This document shows, one piece after another, positions 28,142-36,903 of a DNA stretch of 64,000 nt; position 1 is the first letter of the stretch, and the number at the start of each line of letters is the position of its first letter. The position numbers and the translations under genes were made by a program. The notes below the pieces were generated by a model. That model saw only the letters and a program-made list of their open reading frames with translations, did not search any database and was not told the origin of the DNA. This DNA comes from a virus (taxonomy: Duplodnaviria > Caudoviricetes). The stretch lies in the IMG/VR virus record IMGVR_UViG_3300021978_000001, positions 224,001-288,000 of that record; one strand, 5' to 3'.

Positions 28142-28677
28142 GAAGACTCCAATGTGTGATCTGGGAGATCGACCAACTCCATAAACTGATAGGGAAGCTC
28201 GACGATGACCTCCATGGATTCGAGATCTGTCACGTGCACAGTCGCGCGCTCCTCATCGGGAAAGATGTGCAAGATCTTCCCCATCAACTGCGAGTAAGCG
28301 CCTTGCGTGATGCACACCTGGTCCCCCGGTTGGATACTCCGAGACACCAGGAGTTGCAGCTTGGCTTCCAACTCCTGGATTGTACTGTGAGGCACGTACC
28401 GTAAGTACCGCCCATCCGCCTCTTCTTGAGACAGAACAGTTTGAATGTAAAGCGTATCTTCGAGATCAAAATAACGCTCGGTCGAAAGACCCGCACCCAC
28501 AAAGACGTACCCCTCCATCACATAGATGGTGACACAAGTCTCACGACGTGTAAAGGTCATCGCAGGCACAAAGACCTCGACAGTATCGCCAAGGTGTTGC
28601 CTGAGCAGCGTCTCCAGCTCTTGCGGTGTCTTTTTCTCTCCCTGGTGACTTAGCTCCAGGACAACCCACCTCTTCAC
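28138..28677 (-). CDS. nusG: NusG-family transcription elongation factor
   Basis: NGN domain 'WVVL...EVFVP...MEGYVFV' and KOW 'PGDQVCITQGAYSQLMGKI'. Confidence 0.85.
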   Translation of the reverse strand: MKRWVVLELSHQGEKKTPQELETLLRQHLGDTVEVFVPAMTFTRRETCVTIYVMEGYVFVGAGLSTERYFDLEDTLYIQTVLSQEEADGRYLRYVPHSTIQELEAKLQLLVSRSIQPGDQVCITQGAYSQLMGKILHIFPDEERATVHVTDLESMEVIVELPYQFMELVDLPDHTLESS

Positions 28678-30134
28678 GGTTCCTCCTCTGTCAGGGTCTT
28701 CAACGCATTGCGGTTACCTTTGCGTTGTTGTTGCGCACGTTGAAGCGTCGAAGGAGCGGCCTGACGCTTCGCCAGCAAGTCCTCACGGACATCCAACACG
28801 GGTTTACCTCGTGCTGATTTGCTACCGTATGACATCGCCTGATCCGCCCACCTCTGGTTTTGGTGCACGGCCTCTGAAGGCTCGACCAGATCCGCCTTGC
28901 GTTTGGTCGCTCGAACACCAACAGGCGCCGCACTTCCTTCGCCAGATACGGTTTGGTGAACCACAACAGTCTGACCTTCATGCCCCAGGCTTCCCGAGGT
29001 TAACGCATGTCGGACATAAAGCAGTTCACACAATGCCTGCGCTTCGTTCTGTACAGGGTTCGCGAGTAGATGGCGCGCGATAAGCAAAAGCTCTTCCCCC
29101 TCGAATTGATCCGAGAGTTGATGCAGCGTCACCTGATCCAACGCAGAAAGCCCTGTAGTGATGTTGTGGGAAAGTCGATAAGCCGCGAGCGCCGCTTGAG
29201 CAACACCTTGATACACAGAAGACGCGTTGGTATAGACCAATGCGTCTGCCAGTCCTCGTGCGATGGCGTTGCTATCCTGCTTCATCCCCATCAAGATCTG
29301 ATACTGGTGGTCCACTACCGCCAGCCCAAGCTGTGCCTTAACTGTTGCGGGAGTCACCTCACCCGCCACCGACACACGCTCCAGCGCAGTAACCATGTCC
29401 CGCATGTGTCCTTGACCATAATCGAAGATGGTTTCGAGAGCCTGCGAGTCAAACGACAAACCCTCTTGCCCGCAGATATAGGCCAGGCGCTCGACGGCGA
29501 CCTGACGTGTTGGAGACTGCACGTCGAACACCATGGAGCGCCCCTTGATCGTACCACGCAGTTTGTGCGGCTCCGTGGTACAAAACAAACACACCAGGCG
29601 CTTATCCTTACTCCCAGGAACCGTATCTTCCATAGGCTTGAGCAGCGCATCCATCGCTTGAGCGCTCAAGCGATGTGCCTCATCAATCAAGTAGATGGTG
29701 CGATCACGGCCTCCCAGGACAAAGTAGCCCAGGCTCTCCACGATCTGTCGGATGTTGGCGGCGCCGGAGTTGTTAGCAGCATCCATCTCCTTGAAAGAAG
29801 GCACCTCACCTCCATCCAAGAATGCACGGCAGCTTGAACACGCATCACAGGGTGTACCATCGCGCAAGTCTTCGCAAAGCATGGCACGTGCGAGGATGCG
29901 AGCGACGGTGGTCTTGCCTGTTCCCGAAGGACCCGCAAAGACATAACTACGCTCGAAGATCTTACCCTGCCCCAACAAGGTCTTCAAGACCTCGATCGTC
30001 GCGTCCTGTCCTGCCACGTCCTCGAAGGTGTGCGGACGATATGTCGTGTCGAATCCCATGTTTGCCCTTGTGTCCCCTGCTCCATATAAAAAAAGGGTGC
30101 GATGCCATGCCCACTCCAAAGAGAGCCACCGCAC
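28674..30134 (-). CDS. dnaX: DNA polymerase III gamma/tau (clamp loader ATPase)
   Basis: 'YRPHTFEDVAGQ', Walker A 'GPSGTGKTT', Zn 'PCDACSSC', 'EMDAANNSG', 'LIDEAHRLS'; true start may be MGFDTTYRP. Confidence 0.92.
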   Translation of the reverse strand: MRWLSLEWAWHRTLFLYGAGDTRANMGFDTTYRPHTFEDVAGQDATIEVLKTLLGQGKIFERSYVFAGPSGTGKTTVARILARAMLCEDLRDGTPCDACSSCRAFLDGGEVPSFKEMDAANNSGAANIRQIVESLGYFVLGGRDRTIYLIDEAHRLSAQAMDALLKPMEDTVPGSKDKRLVCLFCTTEPHKLRGTIKGRSMVFDVQSPTRQVAVERLAYICGQEGLSFDSQALETIFDYGQGHMRDMVTALERVSVAGEVTPATVKAQLGLAVVDHQYQILMGMKQDSNAIARGLADALVYTNASSVYQGVAQAALAAYRLSHNITTGLSALDQVTLHQLSDQFEGEELLLIARHLLANPVQNEAQALCELLYVRHALTSGSLGHEGQTVVVHQTVSGEGSAAPVGVRATKRKADLVEPSEAVHQNQRWADQAMSYGSKSARGKPVLDVREDLLAKRQAAPSTLQRAQQQRKGNRNALKTLTEEEP

Positions 30135-30169
30135 CGCACCCCAGACCTCGATGATGCATCACTGCATGA

Positions 30170-30685
30170 TCAAGAGGACACGTCCTGCGTCACCGAAGAC
30201 TCTTCCTGCTGGCGAACCTTGGGCTCGGTCAGCGTAGGCTGATCATTGAGACGCAGCGTGCGGAGAGGCGTCACACCAGTATCCCACTGGACACCGTGGC
30301 GGTTGAGGATCACGGGGAATGCAACAATCGAAGGACGGCGCAGCTTCCACTTGATCGTGCCATCATCCTTCTCCTCACCGAAGCATTGCTCCAGGCAATG
30401 ATCCACCCAGGCAGCCTTCTGGTCGCGGTTGAGTTCATTCCAGGCATCGGCGCCGAACTCCAAGATGAAATCGAAACCGATGTCACCGTTATCCTGCTCG
30501 GTCATGAAGGGCTTGTAGATCTCAGGCACCTTCTTGGCCTTTCCGACGATCGGCTGCCCATCACGCTTGCTGGCCTTGGTCTTGAAGACATAACCGATGT
30601 GAGCGCCCATCAGATCGGGGTGCAACCCGAGGTACTCTTCTGCGATCTCTGCCGCCTCATCTGCGATCCAATACTCGTTTGGCAT
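30170..30685 (-). CDS. Phage putative-metallopeptidase-family protein with degenerate active-site motif
   Basis: 'IGYVFK...IVGKAKKV...DFILEF..DAWNEL...DHCLEQC'; family normally has DHELxH. Confidence 0.6.
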   Translation of the reverse strand: MPNEYWIADEAAEIAEEYLGLHPDLMGAHIGYVFKTKASKRDGQPIVGKAKKVPEIYKPFMTEQDNGDIGFDFILEFGADAWNELNRDQKAAWVDHCLEQCFGEEKDDGTIKWKLRRPSIVAFPVILNRHGVQWDTGVTPLRTLRLNDQPTLTEPKVRQQEESSVTQDVSS

Positions 30686-30763
30686 TCCACTTCCTTTGTT
30701 TTCGTGTTCGTTAAAGGTGCTCGTGTCATATGTGCCTGATCACAACCCGACCAGACCTCACAC

Positions 30764-30793
30764 ATCCTAAAGCACCATGCGGTGCAAAGTCAA
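30764..30793 (-). promoter_or_regulatory. Sigma70-like promoter
   Basis: TTGACT (30793-30788), 18-bp spacer, TAGGAT (30769-30764); -35 lies in palindrome AGTCAA-G-TTGACT. Confidence 0.5.
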
Positions 30794-30801
30794 GTTGACT
30801 T

Positions 30802-31503
30802 TTACAACGCGCCTCTCTTTAAAAGCTCCTGTTGGAACTTCTCTTCTCCCAGGCGAGCCCAAAGCTCGCTCGGGTCCTTGGCAGGTAACTTCATCCGCGC
30901 GGTATGCGTGAAGTCCCTACCGTACTTCTCTTGAAACTCACGCCAAAAACGCTCGCCTCCCCAATCCGTATCAAAGGCCACAATCACCGTATCCACATAA
31001 CGACGAAGGAACTCGATCTGATTACGACTGACATTTGCGGTGCCCGCGCATAACGTGTTCGGGAACACACGCAACAAGGGAGGCAGGTCAAACAAACCCT
31101 CGCACAAGTACACGGTACGTGTTGACCAGATGTGAGGCATCACCAGATGCGTTCCAAAGAAAATAGCATCGATACCTGACTTCTCCAGGTAAAACTTGGA
31201 GTAGTCCTTGACCGCAGGATCAGGGCTACGCAGTTGCAAACCCCGTACTTTCCCCAACGCATTGGTGATGGGGAAAATCAGCTTACCCTTCAAGCGGTAA
31301 CCATTGGACGACCATTCACACCACCGAGAAGCATCCACGCCTTCGCCCACGACTCGGGGTGGCCACACTTCCTTCGGAAAATAACCGATACCGAGTTGAC
31401 GCGCTTGCTCCAGGGGCACTCCTCGCGCGCGAAGGTAACTCGATGCCTCCGTATGCTCAAGATGGGTCTGCGCTTGTGTCAGGATCGTGTCCAGGAAGCT
31501 CAT
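30802..31503 (-). CDS. DnaG-like primase catalytic/TOPRIM core lacking the zinc-binding domain
   Basis: 'YLRARG', 'LIFPI...G...G...R', 'YLCEGLFD', 'AFDTD..G', 'KDPSEL'. Confidence 0.85.
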   Translation of the reverse strand: MSFLDTILTQAQTHLEHTEASSYLRARGVPLEQARQLGIGYFPKEVWPPRVVGEGVDASRWCEWSSNGYRLKGKLIFPITNALGKVRGLQLRSPDPAVKDYSKFYLEKSGIDAIFFGTHLVMPHIWSTRTVYLCEGLFDLPPLLRVFPNTLCAGTANVSRNQIEFLRRYVDTVIVAFDTDWGGERFWREFQEKYGRDFTHTARMKLPAKDPSELWARLGEEKFQQELLKRGAL

Positions 31504-32296
31504 CAGATTCCTCGTGCTCGTTTTCGTTTTCCGAACCCAACATAACTCGTATCGTCACGCACCCGCGCTCTGCATTATGCACGAGCACTGCCGCACGCTC
31601 ATCAACGCGATAGAGGTGTCCGAGCGCACGCGGCTCGACCGTGAACGCGATGTCGAGACTGATCTGGGGGTTGTAATACACGGGCACCTCCTCTTCCCCA
31701 AGGCGCCCCACGCAGTAATAGGTGCTCATCCACTCTTCGAGTGTCTCGGCAGTAAGCTGGTCTTCTGGAAAATCAGGTGACACACCTTCAGGGAACTGCA
31801 AAAGGCCCGTTGTGTAAAGTGACACCCAACCCACGAAGCCACAGAAGATCTGGTGCACGGACAGGTCATAAGCCGCGAAATACTCAGACACTTCCTGGAT
31901 ACAGCCTGGAGTCACCTCGCGGCGAGTCACCGCACCACCCCAACCTTGCTGTATGCCCTGCTCGTGGAGGAACTTGACCAGCGAAGCATGCACGCGATCT
32001 TCCTCATCAGAAGGGGAGTGCAAATACAGCTCTGCGTGAATCTCCTCATCATCATCCTCTGCTGCATCACCAGAATCGACATACGCGTAGGGCAAGGCAA
32101 AGAAGCCCGTGCGCGTCGGGCGATCACGCGCGATGCGCACGAGTCGAAAATCTCCCTTGCGAAGGCTGATACACGCACAGCCCAGCTCGGGAGGCAAGGG
32201 GATCTGCAAGATGAGCGGAGTCTTCACTTGACCTGTCTTGGGGTCAACCTGGCTCCGCGCGCGTTCGCGTTGTAGCATACGTGTCAAACAAGACAT
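31457..32296 (-). CDS. Hypothetical protein
   Basis: 279 aa ORF in operon. Confidence 0.7.
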   Translation of the reverse strand: MSCLTRMLQRERARSQVDPKTGQVKTPLILQIPLPPELGCACISLRKGDFRLVRIARDRPTRTGFFALPYAYVDSGDAAEDDDEEIHAELYLHSPSDEEDRVHASLVKFLHEQGIQQGWGGAVTRREVTPGCIQEVSEYFAAYDLSVHQIFCGFVGWVSLYTTGLLQFPEGVSPDFPEDQLTAETLEEWMSTYYCVGRLGEEEVPVYYNPQISLDIAFTVEPRALGHLYRVDERAAVLVHNAERGCVTIRVMLGSENENEHEESDELPGHDPDTSADPS

Positions 32297-32796
32297 TACG
32301 TTTCCTCCTTGCGTGGGGCCTCTTCCTCATCCTCTGTGGTGAGCAACGCCTGAAACTCATCAGGTTGATTGGGAAGCTGCTCACCTCGCAACCAATCCAG
32401 GATACGCATATACCAGGGCGGCTCCGAGGCTTCGAGAACCCAGGTCAACGTTGCGAGATCGGGCGCGTTCTCTTCGAGCCACGACTCATCCTGGATAAAA
32501 GCCTCGAAGCGCTCCAGCACCTCATCACGTGTGTGTTTTGCCTTGTAAAAAGGACAGGCACGCGCGTTCTCGACCGTATCACAGAGATTCCCCGGCCAGT
32601 TTTGTATATCCTGAGCACCCAACATACAGAAACGCGCTCCCGCACCCGCACTCAAGACGCCTTCACGTTCTTCCGGCTCCTTGTAATTGTACTGGCAGTT
32701 GCAAGGCGCCTTGCGTAAATGCTCTCGGAGCATCTCAGCCCGCAGTTCATAACGAACCCGGCGATACCTTCGATGAATTTCTGTCTCCTGGCGCAT
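32296..32796 (-). CDS. Hypothetical Cys-containing protein
   Basis: 166 aa; 'CNCQYN...FC...CD...ACPFY'. Confidence 0.7.
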   Translation of the reverse strand: MRQETEIHRRYRRVRYELRAEMLREHLRKAPCNCQYNYKEPEEREGVLSAGAGARFCMLGAQDIQNWPGNLCDTVENARACPFYKAKHTRDEVLERFEAFIQDESWLEENAPDLATLTWVLEASEPPWYMRILDWLRGEQLPNQPDEFQALLTTEDEEEAPRKEET

Positions 32797-32797
32797 G

Positions 32798-33439
32798 CTA
32801 CTCCTTGATGTGCTCTAGCACGAGACTCCCGTCTGTGCCCATTCTACCCTTGTACGCATGTGTCGCATGCTCAAGAAAACCCTCGTTGTGTGTAACCAAC
32901 AAGACATGAACCCCCAGGCGTTCACACAAGCGCCTCAAGAACTCCCCACAAGTGTCCACATATTCGACACTGAGAGCGGCCAGGGACTCATCGAGGAAAA
33001 GGTATCGTGCCTGCTTTGCCTTGAGCAACACCAGCAAGCGCAACAACAAGCTCTCGATCGAAGCAACACCACCCCCAAACGATTCCAGGGGCGCACCAGC
33101 GCGTCCACCTTGCTCGGTCAAGAACTCGACGTGAACCTTGCCACGCTTCTGGGTAACTTCAATGCGAAAGGTTAAATCCTGGTCATAATAAATCGCCTGG
33201 AGCCCCTCGGTTACGAGCTTCGAGAAGTTCTCTGCGTAGTCATGCACGTGACGTTCGATCAGGTGCTTGAACAGTTCGCTTACTTGCTTGAGAACCTCCA
33301 GCTCTTCATCGAGATCGACCAGCTCTTGCTGCAACTCTGCTTCACGAGACAACAGATTAGCGTGCCTCTCTTCCAGGCGATGCGCCTGTTGCGTGAGAGC
33401 ACCCATGCGCGTCTCGAAGCGTTCAGATAAGGACGTCAT
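32798..33439 (-). CDS. Rad50/SbcC-like ABC ATPase, C-terminal half
   Basis: Coiled coil then signature 'SFGGG', Walker B/D-loop 'LFLDESLAALS', H-loop 'VTHN'; no Walker A. Confidence 0.85.
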   Translation of the reverse strand: MTSLSERFETRMGALTQQAHRLEERHANLLSREAELQQELVDLDEELEVLKQVSELFKHLIERHVHDYAENFSKLVTEGLQAIYYDQDLTFRIEVTQKRGKVHVEFLTEQGGRAGAPLESFGGGVASIESLLLRLLVLLKAKQARYLFLDESLAALSVEYVDTCGEFLRRLCERLGVHVLLVTHNEGFLEHATHAYKGRMGTDGSLVLEHIKE

Positions 33440-34605
33440 GCCAACCTCAAGCTCATCAGGGTCGTGAGGTTACACGAGAGATCTTCATCGCGCTGGTGGA
33501 ATTTGGCGTAAACAGGACCTCCCGTGTTCACTCCGACAGTGACCTCCCCAGAACCAAACTTGGACACCGCGAGGTTGAGCCATTCGATGTTCACGATCAC
33601 ACGCAAGGGGGTCCCCGGGTTGGAGACGCGCTCACGCTCCAGCACCATATCCACCGTACAAGTCTGCTGATCCGATACATCCTTAACCGCCAGCGTAAGC
33701 GTCCCCTCGCCCGCCTCGTGCATTGCCCCGAGGCTCAGAGTCAACTCCTGGTCTGTAGCTGCACGCACGGCGTTGAGAGCACCTAGCGCTTGCTTGAGCG
33801 CAGACAGATCGAAGCGCCAGATCTCTTCCTCATCGACCTCGGACCGCAACCCTGGAATTGACGCGGGTGTGAACTGAGGGATCGCAAACCCAAACATCGA
33901 ACCATCATCCCCATGCAAGAGATAGAAACTCCCGGTCGTCTCACACCGAAAGCGCTCGACAGAGGACATCCCCAGAAACTTGATGACCTTGGGAAGCTCC
34001 ACCTTTCCGACCTTGAATACGTCATCGCCTACCTCATAACCTTCGACATCCTTGACGTCGTAGATCGAGATCACGTGCGTATCCGAAGCAAAGAAGCGGT
34101 CGGTCTTGAACTCCGCGATCTGAAACTGGTTCGCAGCTTCATTGTTCGAGGTCTCCTTACCAATAGCTGTCCGCACGAAGCCAAGCCCCTTGGTAAAAGG
34201 CTCGACAGGTCCCGACACCAGCAAGGAAGCACCCTTCTGTTGCTCAGTGAAGTCAGGGAACGCCTCCACATCGAAGGAGGCCAGGAACGCCTTGGCGTCC
34301 TCACACGTCAGGTGCACACCATCATCGAGCGCTTCGATCTCGACGAGTTCCCCCTCGATGTTCGAGAGCCACCCGCTCAAGCGCGCTGCCTCGACTGCAA
34401 ACTTGCCCGAACCATGGATCGCTTCCGCGCCCACGGGCACACATGAGATAAAGATGTTGTCCGTGGTGAGCAAGCGCAGCTCCGACTGATCCAACACACG
34501 CTCGACAAGTACACAGGATGTAATCTGCCCCGCATCCTTGGACACCGCGAGCTTCGAGATCCCCAATGCCTGTTCGAGCAAGTCTTTGTTTATCGTGATA
34601 CGCAT
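33436..34605 (-). CDS. dnaN: DNA polymerase III beta sliding clamp
   Basis: 389 aa; 'I.K..L..AL', 'LLTTDN', 'G.FAV.A..L', 'FPDF', 'FASDTH', 'VIVNIEWL..A'; three-domain length. Confidence 0.8.
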   Translation of the reverse strand: MRITINKDLLEQALGISKLAVSKDAGQITSCVLVERVLDQSELRLLTTDNIFISCVPVGAEAIHGSGKFAVEAARLSGWLSNIEGELVEIEALDDGVHLTCEDAKAFLASFDVEAFPDFTEQQKGASLLVSGPVEPFTKGLGFVRTAIGKETSNNEAANQFQIAEFKTDRFFASDTHVISIYDVKDVEGYEVGDDVFKVGKVELPKVIKFLGMSSVERFRCETTGSFYLLHGDDGSMFGFAIPQFTPASIPGLRSEVDEEEIWRFDLSALKQALGALNAVRAATDQELTLSLGAMHEAGEGTLTLAVKDVSDQQTCTVDMVLERERVSNPGTPLRVIVNIEWLNLAVSKFGSGEVTVGVNTGGPVYAKFHQRDEDLSCNLTTLMSLRLA

Positions 34606-34608
34606 GCC

Positions 34609-34887
34609 TTACCCCTCGTAACGACCGAGCTGGTCTTCCATCTCTTCCAGGGCTTCCTCGAAGAGCGCCACTTCAGCGTTAAGGGCACGTTTCTTCTCTG
34701 CGAGGAGGTCGGAGAGATCTTTCAGCTCCCAACCATGCTCGCGCGCTTCGTCACGAAGACGACGCAACTCCTCTTGAGATGAGTTGAAGGTCGCGACCTT
34801 CTCCGCTCTCGTTGTCACAAGCGATTCACGCTTTTTACGCAGGGCAGAGATCTTGGCCTCCAACTCCTCTTTACTCAGGTCACTCAT
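34609..34887 (-). CDS. Small coiled-coil protein
   Basis: 92 aa, heptad-rich throughout. Confidence 0.7.
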   Translation of the reverse strand: MSDLSKEELEAKISALRKKRESLVTTRAEKVATFNSSQEELRRLRDEAREHGWELKDLSDLLAEKKRALNAEVALFEEALEEMEDQLGRYEG

Positions 34888-34955
34888 CTTCCATCACCTC
34901 GTGATCAGGGTCTTATTCGTGGTTCGTAGTGTGTTCGTAGGTCATATAAGCCGTC

Positions 34956-35870
34956 TCAATCCTCGACGACCTTACCCCCAAAGCCAATGAATGCTTCGTC
35001 TGTCTCTGTCTCGGGAACAACCTCGACGCCATTCTCGATCTTGTTCCAACGACGCTTGGCGCGTTTCTTGGTCAAGATGGCCTGGCGCTCGGGGCACATG
35101 TTCTCGAACTCGCAGTATTTGCAAGCCGAGCCCGAGGGTGTCGCGCGGAACCAGGTACGTTGGATCTTGGTGAAGGTATCCTGCACCTTGACACGCAACG
35201 CCGCGAGACGCTCGGGCGTCGGTTCGATCCAATCGAACGCGCGCTCACCTTCATCCGCAAAGTGGTAGAAGAAGAACCCGAGCTTGTCGGGTATCTTACC
35301 ATGCATGATCGAAAAAGCCAGTGCGTAGAACAGAAGTTGCTCTTCGTCCACATACTTTTCACGATGCTTGCTGGCCTTGCCGTCGATCAGCAGCAAGGTC
35401 CCATCCGCCTTACGGATCACGAAATCCACGCGCCCGAACATGAAGAAATTCTTCTCCAGGTGCGCTCGCACCGTTACTTCAGAGCGCGCGTAAGGCCCGA
35501 GCAAGCCGTGATCTTTGATGCCCTGGAGTACGCGAGGCACCATCTCCTCGCACATACCCAGGAGATCTTCCATCGTGTACGGGCAGGTCACGTCATCGAA
35601 GTTGACGTACTCGTTGTCCAGGTACTCGTAGAAATACTTGGGCACAAGATCCATGAGCGCCGACGATGTATCCGCCCCCTTACGCCACAGCTCGACGTTG
35701 TAGAAGTCTTCGTACACGCGTTGTACGACAGACCCGACCACAGCATTGTGCCTCGAATCAGGCACAGGAGGATCTTTCTTATCCACCTTGCGCCAACGAT
35801 AATGTTGAGGACACTCGTTGTAGAGCTTGTAGCTCGAATAGGAGAGCCAGTATTCTTTCCGCGCGCTCAT
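34956..35870 (-). CDS. PD-(D/E)xK exonuclease with 4-Cys (AddB/Cas4-like Fe-S) motif
   Basis: 'LSYSS...ECP', 'GRVDF', 'IDGKAS', 'CKYCEFENMC'. Confidence 0.85.
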   Translation of the reverse strand: MSARKEYWLSYSSYKLYNECPQHYRWRKVDKKDPPVPDSRHNAVVGSVVQRVYEDFYNVELWRKGADTSSALMDLVPKYFYEYLDNEYVNFDDVTCPYTMEDLLGMCEEMVPRVLQGIKDHGLLGPYARSEVTVRAHLEKNFFMFGRVDFVIRKADGTLLLIDGKASKHREKYVDEEQLLFYALAFSIMHGKIPDKLGFFFYHFADEGERAFDWIEPTPERLAALRVKVQDTFTKIQRTWFRATPSGSACKYCEFENMCPERQAILTKKRAKRRWNKIENGVEVVPETETDEAFIGFGGKVVED

Positions 35871-35886
35871 GCTTACCTCATATGGA

Positions 35887-36903
35887 CTAGGGCGTCGCTT
35901 TATCCAAATAGCGCAACGCTTTTTCTCGTACCTTCACCTCGAAGCCTTTCATGGCCTCGACGGTGGACCGCATATCGGACTCTTCCATGTCCACGGTCTG
36001 TGCAGCGAGCTGGTCGAGGAAATGCTCGATGTTTCGCTGCTCCTCTTGCAACTGTTCGTGCGTCACGAGGTCGAACACCTCATTCGCGGGTCGCACCTGT
36101 AGTGGGATAGCTTCGGTGATGAGCTTGACCTCACCTGTAGCCGGATCTTTTGTGATCTGGAGCCAGCCCACGCGAGGGGTCCGTTCGAGATTGTCATCCG
36201 TCAAGCTACCGCGCGTCATGGACCCAAGGTTGTAGAAGACCTTTCCTCGAACTTCCTCGATGCCCTGGTCGATATGCCAATGTCCAAATATCATGGCATC
36301 CGGTGAACACTCCGCCAGCTCGTGGTAAGACTGGACCTTCTCCTTGCCAAACCACTGCCCCCCTTCGAGAGAGGCAAACGTGTGTGCGCAAACAATCAAG
36401 ATGTCCTCGTCTCCACGCTCGATGTCCCACTCCTCGACCTCGAACTTGACCTTGTAGGGCAACCCCACCACGCGCACGTTGAGCGCTGAGTGTGGACCCG
36501 CGCCCATGCCTCCGCCTTCGGTGACCGTGAAGGTGTGATCTGTCATGCGCTCGAAGACACCTGTAGAAAAAAGCACCCCGAGCGGTTGTTGGTGAATGTA
36601 GTCCACGTTGGCATAAGGGAAATCATGGTTACCCGGATTACAATACACCGGACAGGGGTAGGTGCGGTGGAGATCTGCGACCCTGCGCACGAGTAGGTGG
36701 GAGTTGCGGCTGGCTGACTTGTTATGAAAGAAGTCGCCATTGTCGAGAATTGCATAGGCTTCACGCTCCCTGGCGATGTCCGAGATCTGCTTGAGCTTGT
36801 CGATGCAGGTCTGCGTGTAGTCATCACACCGGGACGCAGGCGCGCGATCACTGATATGAACATCCGTGCGAATCACAAAGCCCATCTTGATAAGACCACT
36901 CAT
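35887..36903 (-). CDS. Mre11/SbcD-like metallophosphoesterase nuclease
   Basis: 'TDVHI', 'NGDFF', 'GNHD', 'CAH', 'GHWH', 'GSMTR'. Confidence 0.9.
   Translation of the reverse strand: MSGLIKMGFVIRTDVHISDRAPASRCDDYTQTCIDKLKQISDIAREREAYAILDNGDFFHNKSASRNSHLLVRRVADLHRTYPCPVYCNPGNHDFPYANVDYIHQQPLGVLFSTGVFERMTDHTFTVTEGGGMGAGPHSALNVRVVGLPYKVKFEVEEWDIERGDEDILIVCAHTFASLEGGQWFGKEKVQSYHELAECSPDAMIFGHWHIDQGIEEVRGKVFYNLGSMTRGSLTDDNLERTPRVGWLQITKDPATGEVKLITEAIPLQVRPANEVFDLVTHEQLQEEQRNIEHFLDQLAAQTVDMEESDMRSTVEAMKGFEVKVREKALRYLDKATP

Noticed and set aside
34956-35870. Cas4 / CRISPR system
   Set aside because: No repeat-spacer array or other cas genes seen; context is recombination (Mre11, Rad50, RecA)
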